A stretch of DNA of 64,000 bases from Gnetum montanum. Taxonomy: Eukaryota; Plantae; Gnetophyta. A program made the position numbers and the translations under genes. The notes beneath the pieces are model-generated. The model did not search any database. It had not been told where the DNA came from and was given only the letters and a program-made list of their open reading frames with translations. Position 1 is the stretch's first letter; every line of letters starts with the position of its first letter. The DNA lies in assembly GCA_015680685.1 (NCBI GenBank), contig MNCI01000472.1:61753-125752 (forward strand), written 5' to 3'. Shown one piece after another: positions 40,455 to 53,635 of the stretch.

Positions 40455-42174
40455 TGAAATACCACTAATTTCAGCCTAACACTTTGAAATGAGAACAACC
40501 CATAGTCCTTTTAGCTTTTGGAAAGCAAAATTTGACTAAGGCATGGAACTCACGCTCAGCTTGCTCATGCTTAGTTTCTCAAGTTAGCTTGTTCTCAGCA
40601 TGAGCAACTCTGACGACTTCAGAATCAAGTCAAAGGTGGTTCAATTGAGGGTGCTAGGCATTCTCAAGGGTCACTGTTATATCTAGTTCGAATTTTAGCA
40701 TTCAGCAATTCAAATTTTAGGTCAAATGGTGCAAATTTTCTCACTCACATTGTGGTCATGCTAAGGTCACACTGGCAACATGGGTATAGCGTGACCAACT
40801 CTGAAAGCCTCAAAACTAAGTCAAAATGATTGGACTTCCAAGGTGCAAGTCATCCTCAGGGTCCATTGTCGACAACTTCAAGTTCTAGCCTCCAAAATTC
40901 TAGATTTTAAGAGTTTTTGTAGCTCACGTTGTGGTCACGTTGCACTCACGCTGGCAACGTGAGTCCAGCTTGAGTTACTAAAATGGTTCAAAACAAGGCA
41001 CATCAAGCTCAATTTTTGACTTGTAGATCACTCGCAAGGTCAACCACAGTTAGACAATTGTTGTACTCAAGAAATAGGCTTCAAAGATCAATATTTGGTG
41101 AAAAATATGTCATTTTTAGCTTACGTACGTTGAGGTCACGTCGGCAGCGTGAGTGCAGTGTGAGTACTGATCACGTTCGAACGAAAGCATGCCAAACACA
41201 TGCTAAGGATAGGCTAAGATAAAATCAACTCATGTTGGAAGTTATGATGAAATAGAGATTCCTAGAACAGCCACAAAACCACTCAAATAGACATCCTGCA
41301 GCAATCAATTTAGGGACTGAGAATTTTCAAGCAATCCAGAGCCAATCTCTCTTGTTGTAAATTGTCATTTTCATTGTAAATTTTCATCATTTGTGAGCTG
41401 GCCAAGCTCTTACACTCCAAATTGTATCTGCTTCCATGAGCGTAAGCTAGCTTAAGTAAGCCAACACACGCTGTAAGATACAATGCACCTAGTCAAGAAC
41501 ATAGTTTGCTTACACGTGTCCAACTCACACACAGTTGTCCATCGAACATGTGTCACTTGATCCATTTTCCTCTCATTTCTCAACCGTTGATTCCATCCAT
41601 GAATTCCACACCCGAGCCCAGTCGAACCCTATAAATACCCTATCAATTCACATAAACAGGGTTGGCAATTTTGAAGGTTGACGGCTTAGGAATCTCAGAC
41701 CAACAATCCTTGGGCGCTTAGGCACACTTGACTCTTAGCATCTAAGCACTTCTGAAACACATCACCCTAGGGCTTGGCACTTGACTTGCCATCTACACAT
41801 GCAGCTACACTTTGACCGGTGCACATCCTTTCTAAGCAATACAATACAGTTCATTTTGCCAGCCATTATATTTTTTCTCTATTTTAAATTCAATTTATGC
41901 TTTGTTTACAATACTAGTTCTGTATACGTTCTATTTGCATTTCGTGTGTCACTGCTTACATTTCGAACATCAATTACAATATCCCGAGTGCAAGCTGTAG
42001 TTTACGCTCGAGGAAGTCCTTGGTTGATTTGCGTGCAGACCATCCAAGGCACTTTGCCTTCATTTCCTTTTTCCAGCTTGCCCTCAGGTGAAGGCAGGGT
42101 CAGTTGTGCCTGTCTAACGATCTTTTGGTGTTTGTTTTCCTTCCAGCCTAACACTGACGATTTAGGTCAATACA
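40455..42174 (+). repeat. 3' LTR of copy B
   Basis: Follows PPT AAAGAGGGGCCAA; ends TCAATACA, followed by TSD ATATG. Confidence 0.95.
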
Positions 42175-44649
42175 ATATGTATGCATGCAAATTTTGCATT
42201 ACCTTCCTCATAATTGAAGTAGATTTACCTTTAATTTCTTCGATTGATGTCAAAATTTCTACATCTTCTATTGATGTAGAAATTTTGGTTAATTTGGATA
42301 ATACATATGTACAAGTTGGTGAGAAAAAAATTGAGACATCTTCTTTCACTAATGTTGATGCAAGTAAGACACAATTTTATTCTCTTTGATGATATATAGG
42401 AGTTATTGGTAGTTGATCATGATATATATTCATCCAAATTTTGCATTACCTTCCTTGTAATCAAAGTTCCACTCCATAGTTAAAATGATGTAATGTAAAA
42501 ACATGACATTCAAGTTATTTAGGCCAAATATTATCCTCATTGTTTTCTACTTATTGAGCTAGGCAATGGTGTAACATGCCCTAGGATCATTTATATATAA
42601 ACATATAGTGTTGATCGTTCATAACAAGACTCCAAGTTTTGATGTCAAATCTAAATAATATTTTAGAGTTTCATGTTTTGTCAAGTTATTTAATCTTCCA
42701 CTGATTTCGCAAAAAGCTTAACAAGAAATTGTTAGTCTTCTTGGTCCTATTTAAGTATACATAATCTATTTCCACACCATTTGGTTTTCATAGACCTTTT
42801 TTTATTAAGATTAATCTTCTTAATTGTAAAAAGTAATTAGTATTACAAGTAAAAAGACTCAAATTCAACCAATCACATATTATAATCTTCCTAATTCATG
42901 TACCTTTTGTCATCATAAAGGACATTTGTTTAATGTTTTTACTCTTTGCTCAATAAAAAAGATACTAATGAAAAGAAAAAATATATTGAAGTTGAAGATT
43001 TGAATAATCAAGTTACTGCAAATGATGACAAAGAAGAAACCAGAGAAGATAGAAACTTCTATGAATATTTTTTTTTGGAGGAAATATTGATCTATCCAAA
43101 CATTTTTCATTTGACAAAAATACTGTTAACTCAAAGGTTAAACGTTATATAAAGAAGTGACATAATGCTAATGGCAAAAAATCTTGACATAAGGTCAACT
43201 AGAGTAAATAATTTGTTTGACAATCTATATCGTTATTTTCTATTGGATATTCCTACCCTACAAAAGTTGGTATTTCAACAAAGCTTTCTATTACTACCTT
43301 AAAAGAGATGCAAATGTTGTTAGAATTGTGATTATTCTCTGTACTAATAGTTAACTTTTTTTTTGATTTTTCAAAACATTATTTTAATTCTATCTTACTC
43401 GATATCCTAACTTTTTTTCGACGAATGAAAATAATTTTTCAAGGTCACATTAAGCAACCCCTACACTGGTATGGAGAGAATATTATTTAGAGTTACCAAT
43501 GGGCTTCCCAAGCATTACATAAAAGACTCCTAAAGCATTCTAGAGGAAATGGTAGTTTAGTTATGTGTTTAGAATACATATCTATAATTTGGCCAACAAT
43601 ATCATAACCTTGAGTATTATGATGAAATTTTATTTAACATTATAGATAGGCTCTATGGAGTGTCATGGCTGGAATATTATTTCATGGTCTTTGGGTTGTT
43701 GACCAAAATTATTTAGTGATACCAATTAGTTAGCCTCTCACCTAAAACAATTTAAGAATACTTAGTTGCAAAAAGGACATTTTGATTATCTAATAAAATG
43801 AACTACTTTTCTTTTGAATTAGAACTCTCATGTTTGATACAAGTTAATATTGACCCCTCTGCACCATTGTAGTTGTAATTTTTGCATAATTTCAGTCTGA
43901 TAATAAGATGATTAGTGGGTCTCAGGTATGAAATCAAGAAATGCAATAATTTTGCAGTGCATTTATGGATTCAGCATTGTACAATAGGTTGAAACTCTTA
44001 CAAAATCAAGAAATGCAATAATTTTGTAGTGTGTTTATGGATTCAGCCTTGTACGATACTACTCTTCATTTTTTTTGACGGGATTGTAGACTGCATGAAC
44101 ATTAACATTAGCGAGCACGGCCAGCCTGCCTTTACCTGCAGCATCAAATTTGATAGTGGGTAAGTAATTCACATGCGTAGTAGCATTTTCTGTGCTGCTT
44201 CTTCACTTGTGAAAACCTTAAAAAATCCATGTTCAAACAACCAACATTATGGTTGTGGGGTAACATTATAGTTTGTGGAATTTGAAGAATGCTGTGGAGA
44301 CTGTCTAGGTCCTAGGATGTTCTATCAGCGACACATGGAACAAAATTATGTTTCTACTAAACGCATGAGGAATGTCGTTTGATCAGAAAATAAATCATCA
44401 ACATAATGAGTCGGCTACTCGTATTGAAGGAAAATAGAAGTGCAAAAATGGTTTCTACAAATGAATTGCAGTATAACTTGATTCCCTTCAAGTTAATGCT
44501 ACTTATTGGTTCGCAGGTTATACATACAAGTTATATGAAATGTTTTTTTTTGGCCGAGAGACCAATCCATTTGGTAGAACAGTGATGGGATGAGAGGCCT
44601 GACTCCATATTTCTAAATTTATATAATCTCGGCAAAATAAATCACAAAA

Positions 44650-45250
44650 AAGTACAGTTAAAAGACAAAGAAAAAATCAGCATTGGCGACCGTAAAAAAT
44701 AGAAGCCAACAACTTCTGTGCGTCTGCGTGTGGATTCTGCAGTGCAGGGTTTGGAGCCAGCCCAGCAGACACGCTGCCGAGGTAAGACACAGAAACTCCG
44801 TTTGCTTTACAAATCCTGGGAAAAAATGCAGGATATCTAAAGCAAAGCAAAGGAAATCTTTGCAGAATCATCGTATCTTACCGTACTTAATTTTTGCAAC
44901 TGACGGACGATTTCGATTTCTATTATTCCCTCTACGACGATCTCGATTGGCCTCACCTGTGCAGGAACCTATACATGAACAAACGCGGCACAATTTCGGA
45001 TCGCTTGGCGTAGGGTTTCGAAATCTTTGCAGACAGACATTTCGAGGAAGCTTTTTGCATTTTCGCATTTCTATGTATTTTTCCGCTCTGCATTTACTCT
45101 ACAATCTCCTGTGGGCCCGACGTGGGCATGAGATTGAGGCAGGAAAGCGCCTCAATCTCATGTGGACCCACCCTGCGTGGGCATGCGGTATTACAGCAAC
45201 CACCACCTACTTAGCTCGATGTACATGCATTGTTTTCCGTCCATGCTCTT
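44650..45250 (-). promoter_or_regulatory. CpG-retaining promoter/5'-UTR-like island of a leftward transcript
   Basis: CpG-rich amid CpG-depleted DNA; telobox at 45011-45018; two GGNCCCAC TCP-type sites (45111, 45164); minus-strand G|GTAAGA donor at 44881. Confidence 0.5.
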
Positions 45251-45279
45251 GGGCAACCATTTTTTCCATTCCATAGTAA

Positions 45280-48200
45280 ATTTTTTATTATTTTTCAAAG
45301 AAATGGAAAATTCTAATTTCATTTTTTCTTTATGCTAATTTCAAACAAAAAGGAAAATCCGAATTTGGTTTCTTAGTTATGCTAACTAATTTTAAATACC
45401 AAATGAAACAATTATAATTTTAAATACTAATGTTCACATCAACTTAAACTACATTATTAAAGATGATAAAGTGAAATATTTGAATTTAGGCATTTTCATA
45501 TCTACGTGAAAAAGTAATATAACATTATCTATGTGCAATATGAAAACTAAGTCAAAAAACAACACAAGTTACATGGATGTCATTGGGAAATTACCAAAAT
45601 ATTTATATTTGAACCTAAATAGTTAGGCGAAAAAATTCAATTTTATCAAAGAAATAAATTTGACTTCTTCAATCAAAGCTTTTATAAATTCAAATGACAT
45701 GGTTGTGTTACTCTCTAAAGCAATTGCAATTGCAATTGCAGTATTGTTCTCAACATAGATCCCACTACTATTAGTTCCAATAGCAAAGCCGTAGGGCAAT
45801 CTATTCAAGATCATCTACAACAACCATCTATTGCAATCAATAATACAATTCATGGAGGTTGTGGCAATGCCCATGGGTGTGGATGAGGTCAAGAATGACC
45901 ATGGATTGCAGAGACTACAAATCCAAAATCAATGAGCACAACGAAGATAAGACAAAATCAAAATTGAGAGTCAAATTGACATCAACAAATTCAACTAGAT
46001 TTAAAAATATGATAGCATAATTATTTATGCTTTTTTAATGTTTCAAAATAATGAATTTTTTGCATTTTATATCTGTAACTTTAATGTTCATAAATCTTAT
46101 TGTGTTATTTACGTACTCACATTCCAAACTTTTTGTAGGTTGTATTTGTTTCTAATCTTCTCTCACTTGGAAATTCATCTACTATATTAATAATAATAAT
46201 ACAACAGCAAAAATATGCAAGTTATCATTATCTACTCATACTCAAGTTCATATATATTTTTATTGAATAATTTATTTGCATTTCTGATAAACCACGATAT
46301 TGGGTCTGTGATATCAGAGCCTACCATGTGATGTCGGATACCCGATATCGGAACCTGCCTTCTTGCCTATAAATAAGAGACAGGCACCCTTGGTTTTGAA
46401 TAGATAGTTAGTCCCTTAGCCAAACTCTTGCCTTTTCTCCCTCTCAGAGTTAGAATTATTTCTGTATGCCCGCAGTAGGAGTCATAAAGTGAACGAATCT
46501 TTATTCAAGCATTGTGTACCTGAGCACACCTTGTGTACAGCAATAAAAACGAACTTTATGATAAACCTTGCAACATCCAGAATAGATTAATTAATGTTAA
46601 TTACTATTATTAAATACTTTCTTAGTTAATTAATGATTCTTTCTCCTAAGTAAGCACACTCAGTACAACCGCTTCGAGTATGTGTGTAACACTTGGTAAC
46701 CTAGTAACAATTAGTGTTTGGTAATCCCAACAATGTTGCACTAGTTCAGGATGTGTACGGCAAGTGGGAACGGATGCTAATGTTAGGATTAGTTAGAACT
46801 TAGTTAATGAGTAGTTAAGTTAAATTAGTCACTTAGTTATCTCTCTCCTTCCCTATTAGCACAAGACATAAAAACATAAAAGATATAAAAATTTTATGCC
46901 TCAAGCTTACTTAACCATACAATTGTGACATACAAGTAAGTTTGGGAAGACAACGATTAACCAACCCATTCTTGTTCCACAAAGACGCATAAGCACTTAG
47001 TCCTTGGAATTCGATCACATCGTGCATGAAATGCTTATATTCGTATGGTTGAGCATAGGGGTACTTCACCGCTCATCAATTTCCTAACATTATTAATTGT
47101 TATAGCACACTGGAAATGCATCTACACCTGTTCTTCAGCTTACATTCATGCTAGAAATCATAAACGTAAAAGAACAATTGCAATAAGATCATCAACATGC
47201 ACACCATCGAGAGTCAGCATTGAACAATGTAATGTTAACATGAGGAAAAATCATATGATCAAATGCAAGTGCCTTAAGTTATTCATTCTTTTCCAAACTT
47301 GGAAAAGGCACCTACAAAAATTGCTTGGGTAATACAAAATTTTAATACAGCAATTATGACTTTTGCAAACACCAGATCTTGCAATGTCTGCAATGAAATG
47401 TATTTTGGCATATCATTAAATTCAATAGGAAATAAAGATATGACATGTAATAGGTGTATTAATGAAAAAAAAATATTATGGACAATTTTGATCGTGAGAT
47501 CAAATGATTTTCTGTAAAAAAATAACATGGATCATGAACCCAAACATATGTCCCAGCCTATTTAACTAAGGTTAGAGAAATGTTGAATAAAAAAATCAAT
47601 CTCATATTGCAAGTTACACATGCAATTGGTGGACAATTTAGGTATATAGGTCACACAATTAGTTTTCCTTGTGATGTTACAAAGGTTTCCATGAGACTTT
47701 CACTTAAAATTAAAGATATTCCTTATTTGGTTTTGAAAAGAGCATATCAAATGGACATTGAGGATAATTTCATTGTTAACAAGAGACAAGTTTATGATGC
47801 CTTGCTTTTTAAGAAGGAAAATGACCTGTACTATTAGGTTGTCAAGATCAATATGCACATTAAATGATGTTGATACCGGTGATGTTAATATCTTTCATAA
47901 AATTCCTTCTATTGCATTGTTAGAAAAGGATGGAGAAATGAGATTACAGTTTGAAGATCCATTGCTTCACACAAATGAAGAAAACATTAGTTGACATACA
48001 TCATCAATTGCATAGCATCGTGGCATTGTAAGAAAGAAAATTGATAGGATAAAATCATGGTGTCATAATCTATTATTATAGGATTCAGATGTTGCTCAAT
48101 GGCCTTCCATATCTAATTCTCCTATTAATGAGTTTAACATAATGGGGTTGTTTATGATGGCATTTCCAATTCTTTTTACTGAAGGAAAATGTAATTTTCT

Positions 48201-48975
48201 TGATCAAAAAACTAAAGATGTCAAACTACATGAATATGCAAAACATCTTATTCGCTACAAAAGATGGTAGATTTGAATGGCACAAGCATTTCAAGTAAAT
48301 ATCATTTTTCAATTTGTTTTTTATTTTCATTATTCCTTTTTTTTAACTTTGACACATGATGTATGATTTATTTTTACATATTATATTTATAACATCATTA
48401 GAAGGCAATAGACAATGGAACCTATCTCTATATTTTTAAAAAAGAATATTGTTGATGCACCCATAACTATTAAGGAACTACGTGAGTCATTACATAATGC
48501 TCCATCGCATATCATTGTTGATAATTTTATACGATATGATACCTTCATTCAAAATACATCGTCTTATTGAAGAAAATGTAAAGCAAAGGTACTTGACATA
48601 GTGAATCAATTAGGAACACCTACTATTTTGTTTACTCTCAATGCAGCAAATCTCTATTAGCTTGAGTTGCATAATTTAATAAAAGGAGATCCACCTGAGA
48701 ACTTATCAAAACTGAAATGATGAAGGCAAAGCAATAGTATAGAAAATCCACATATAGTTGTAGAGTTTGTGCACCGTCATCACACGGCCTTTCTAAAAAC
48801 ACTTTTGATGAAGGAATTCCAAGTTGTTGACGAATAGATGCAATATGAGTGGCATCATTATAGATCTCCACATTTGCATGATTTCTTATGGATACAAAGT
48901 GCTCCAAAGATAACTATCATGCATAGGGCAAAAGAATTTTTTGATTCAATTACAAATGCATGGAATCCAAAATTT
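45280..48975 (+). mobile_element. Helitron 5' region plus Rep fragment (left arm of inverted repeat)
   Basis: CNVCNEMYF, GGQFRYIGHTISFP...VNKRQVYDALLFKKEN (DUF6570-like), QLGTPTILFTLNAA, QYEWHHYRSPHLHDFLW (HUH). Confidence 0.85.
46285..47078 (+). mobile_element. Solo LTR (Athila-like, 794 bp)
   Basis: TGATAAAC...GCTCATCA with TSD ATTTC (46280-46284, 47079-47083); empty site present in the right arm at ~50965. Confidence 0.92.
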
Positions 48976-49018
48976 ACAGCAAATGGGCAACCAAATAATG
49001 TAAGTTCACATTTATCTT

Positions 49019-52000
49019 TTAAAATTGGATTCCATGGATTTGTAATTGAATCAAAAAATTCCTTTATCCTACTTATGACACTAGGATCATTTTGGTCAAG
49101 TTCATCTACCTTTAGAGCACCTTGTATTCATAGGAAACCATGCACATGTGAAGATCTATGATGTTGACACTCATATCGCATCCAGTACTCAACAACTTGG
49201 AATTTCTTCATCAAAAGTGTTTTTAGAAAGGCCATGTGACGACAGTGCATGACCTTTGCAATTATATGTGGATTTTCTATGATATTAATTTGCCTCCATT
49301 GTATCAATTTTGATGAATTCTCAGGTAAATCTCCTTCCATTAAATTATGCAACTCAAGTCAATAGAGATTTGTTGCACTTAAAGTAAAAAAAATAGAAGG
49401 TGTTCTTAATTGATTCATCATGTCAATTAGCTCTGCTTTACATTTTCTCCAATAAGCCAATGTATACAAATGGAGGTATGATATTGCATCAAATTATCAA
49501 CAATGACATGCAATGAAGCATTATGCAATTGCTCACGTAGTTTCTCAATAGCTATGGTACATCAACAATATTTTCTTAAAAAAATATAGAAATAGATTCT
49601 ATTGCCCATCGTCTTCTAATAACATTATAGATATAATACCTAAGAATAAATCATACATCATTGCGTCAAAATAATAAAAATTAGAATAATGAAAATAAAA
49701 AACAAATCAAGATATGATATTTACCTCAAATGCTTGTGTCATTTAAATCTACCATATTTGTAGAAATGTTTTGCATATTCATGCAATTTGACATCTTTTA
49801 ACTCTTCAATTAAGAAAATTACATTTTTCTTCAAGAAAAAGAGTTGAAAATGTCATCGTAAACAACCCCATCATGTTAATAAGAAAATCAAACATAGAAG
49901 CCCATTGAACAATATTTGAATCCTATAATGATGGATTATGAAATCATGTTGTTATCCAATCAATTTCCTTTCTTACAATAGCAAGACATTGTGCACTCGA
50001 CAATGTATGTCCAATGATGTTTTCTTTATCGAAGCAATGAATCTTCAAATTGTAATCTCATTTCTCCATCCTTTTCTGACAATGTAATATAAGCAATGTT
50101 ATGAAAGATATTACCATCACTGGTATCAACAACATTATCTAATACATACATATTGATATGAACATCCTGATAATATGAATCATTTTCTTTTTTAAAATGC
50201 AAAGCATTATAAAATCGTCTCTTGTTAAAAACGAAATTATACTTGATGCCCATTTGATCTACTCTTCTCAAAACCAAAAAAGAGATATCTTTAATTCTAA
50301 AACTAAATCTCTTAAAAATCTCTATAACATCCTGAGAAAAGCTAATTGTGTGATCATTATATTTAGATTGTACACCAATGGCTTGTGTAATTTGTAATAT
50401 GGAATTGATTTTTGCAATTAACATTTCTTCAACCTTAATTCAATAGGTTAGGATATGTGGTTGGGTTTCTAAATCCATGTTATTTTCGACAAAAAATCAT
50501 TTGATCTCACGAGCAAAATCATCAATAATATTTTGTCTTTTTATTAATACACTTATTGTATATCAGACATCTACTTTTCATTGAATCCAATAATATGCCA
50601 AGATACATTTTATTACAAACATTGCAAAATCTAATGTTTGCAAAAATCACAACTATAGTATTAAAATTTTGTATCACCTGAGCAATTTTTAGAAGTGTCT
50701 TTTGCAAGTTTGGAAAAGACTGAACAACTTCTAAAGAATGCACTTCCATTGTTGGTACAATAGCAACATATGAAGCTTCATACATTCGATCATATAATTC
50801 TTCCTTGTATTGATGTTGCCTTGTTCGGTACTCTTTCTCACAATTGTATGCCTATTGGTGATCTTGTTGCAATTGTTCTTCTACGTCTACGATTTCTATC
50901 ATGGATGTAGGCTAAATAGTAAGCATAGATGCATTTCCAATGTGCTGCAATAGTTAATAATGTTTGGAAACATAAATAAATTATTCAATAAAAATATATA
51001 CAAAACTTGAGTATGAACACATAATGATAACCTACATTTTTTGTTGATTATTTATGTTATTATTATCAATACAGTGGATTATTACAAAGGATCAATTTTC
51101 AAGTGGTAAGAGAATTAAAACGAATATAGCCTATAAAAAAGTTTGGAATCTGAGTACGTAAATAACACAATAAGATTCAACAATGTTAAAGTTTGAGATG
51201 TAAAATGCAAAAATTTCAATGTTTCGAAATATTAAAAATGCATAAATAATTTTGCTATCATACTCCTAAATGTTGTAATCGATTATCATTCTTGCTAACG
51301 TCACTTTAATTCTCATTTATGAAATCATCTTCTCTCCTCTATGCTCATCAATTCTAGACTTGTAGTCTCAAAGATCAATGGTTGTCCTCGACCTTGTCCA
51401 CACCCACACCCACGAACACAACCTTCATGAATTGCATTATCTATTACAATAGATGATTGTTGTAGATAATCTTAAACAAACTATTCTACAACTTCGCTAT
51501 TAGGACTAATAGTATCAAGATCCATGTTGAGAATAATACTACAATTGCTTTAGAGGAACCTATGCAAGAGTAACACAACCATGTCATTTGAATTTATAAA
51601 TGCTTTAATTTAATAGGTCAAATTTGTTTCTATGATAAAATTTAACTTTTTCCCAAAATTGAAATTTTTTGACTAACCATTCAAGTTCAAATGTATATAT
51701 TTTGACCATTTCCCAATGACATCCATGTAACTTATGTTGTTATTTTACTTGGTCTTCATATTGCACATTACCCTACTCTTTAAAATGACATTATATTACT
51801 TTTACTAATGTTCACATAGATATGAAAATGCCTAAATTTAAATATTCCTCTTTATCTTTCATCATGCAACTTAAGTCTAATATTTTCCAATAAAATATAG
51901 TTTTGTATTGATATCTTTTCAAAGTATTCTCTTTTATAATTTTTCAAGCATGTCCTAAATTCATTATTACATTAAAACTTAATGTTTGTAGTCACAGTTT

Positions 52001-52620
52001 TGTTTCATGCATATCATCCTTGTTATTGAGATTTTTGGGTTTTCCCTCCTAAAATCTTATTGCTTATAAGTTTTTTAATAATTTAAATAGAATATTTAAA
52101 AAGTAAAATTTAATATATTACCTCAACTTTTAACCATAACATATTGCCTCTTAATATTGAATACAAAACTTACCAAAATTCAGCCAAACTTAAGGAACAT
52201 TTTGGTGTGTATTTTCATTGTTTGTTTTTATACAAGAGGCAACACCACGGTATTTCAACTTTTCCAAGTGTGAATAAAAAAACACAACTCATGTCTTTCC
52301 TTGAGAAAAGCATAATAAAATCCATCGTTCCAAGTGGCATACCTCTAAGGAGCCTATTGTTTAAGATAAGCTAAGAAGTTGATAACCCTTGTGGAGAGCA
52401 ATTGCATAGAATTTTATCTTTTGAAGCTCAATTATCTCCTAGAGCTACTATCATCGGTCAGATTGAGATGCAGAGAGATTTGGAGAGAAATTATGTTATA
52501 GAGGGAGAAAACGCAGGAATGGAGGTAGTTACGATAATTTGAAGTTTGAAATTAGCGTAAAAAATAAAAATAGAAAGTAAATTAGATTTTTCAATTTTTC
52601 AGTAAAACATAATGTTAATT
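49019..52620 (-). mobile_element. Helitron 5' region plus Rep fragment (right arm of inverted repeat)
   Basis: Reverse-complement homolog of the left arm; IIENPHIIA, YWMRYECQHHRSSHVHGFL, EMLIAKIN...HTISFSQD. Confidence 0.85.
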
Positions 52621-52746
52621 TATAAGATAGTCTCAGTAAATTCATAGAGATATATCTATATATATCTAAGCTAGTATAAGAAAGTTCTTTGTGTATCAAA
52701 CACCAAGGAAAAATGTGGCTTAAAATGGAATATTAAGGAAATTATC

Positions 52747-52952
52747 TTCCATTGCATCACAGAAAAATTATCAATCAAAATGCCTTAAAAGTTTGAAACA
52801 ACATGGAGAAAATGAAAAAACTTTGCTCAAAAAATGGTAGAGGAGAAGGCTACTATTCCATTGCAATACAGAAAAATTATCGATGAAAATGCCTTAAAAA
52901 TTTGAAAGATGGAAAAAAAACTTTGCTCAAAAAATGGTAGAGGAAAAGGTTA
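52747..52952 (+). repeat. ~110-bp direct duplication downstream of the PPR gene
   Basis: TTCCATTGCA..ACAGAAAAATTATC...CTTTGCTCAAAAAATGGTAGAGG twice. Confidence 0.8.
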
Positions 52953-53635
52953 CTTAGCATTTTTTTTCTCCATCTGAGGTAAACTCAAATCAATACAGCA
53001 AGAATGGACCTCAAATCAATACAGCAAGAATGGAATTTCATTGTATCTGAATGAAGACAAGTAAATGGCAAAAGATTCTCTGTGAAGAAAAACAGTAATA
53101 AAAAAATTCTTCGTCGATGAATTTGTTAAATGGCAAAAGATTTTCTGTGAAGGAGAACGGTGAAAATTTTCTGGACCAAGAAAGAATCTGTAGACTCTCT
53201 TACTTTGAAGATGAACGCCTATTTTTCTTCCAAACCTGTGAATGAAAAAAAATTAGAAAATTACAGTTTGCAATTTACTTAAAATTATTTCAAAATCATG
53301 TAATAATACTTAAATTGTAAGATTGAAACTGAAATTTTTATTTCAGTCTCTTGAAGCTGTTCTCTTTGGATCTATTAGGACTAGTTTCAGAATTCCTTTG
53401 AAACTATTCTCTTTGAATCTATCAAAACTAGTTTCAGAATTCTTTTTACTAAAGCTGCTTAATAAAATTGAACTTGAAATTACCCGGCCATGACCCTTAC
53501 CACTGGAGGAAGAGCTCATGAAACTCATCCCTTCAATCGATAACGCAATGAAACGCTTCCTCCCGATCAAATCCTTTCCATATTCAGTTATCTCAAAAAC
53601 AGGTCCAACTCCAACCATTCAGACAGTCTCCCTCC

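Larger units (their letters stand above)
23100..42174 (+). mobile_element. Complete Ty3/gypsy Tat/Ogre-type LTR retrotransposon, copy B (19,075 bp)
   Basis: Two LTRs, 5-bp TSD ATATG (23095-23099 and 42175-42179), PBS, PPT, gag, PR, RT, RH, aRH, INT. Confidence 0.97.

Noticed and set aside
41781-42389. 202-aa ORF
   Set aside because: Runs across the LTR end and TSD into flanking repeat; not open in the other LTR copies
44683-45276. 197-aa plus-strand ORF
   Set aside because: Non-ATG start, no recognisable domain, and openness explained by higher GC; regulatory signals point to the opposite strand
52640-52680. Helitron terminus (TC start or CTAG end) near an AT palindrome
   Set aside because: Several equally plausible readings in (AT)n-like sequence; no matching terminus on the left arm
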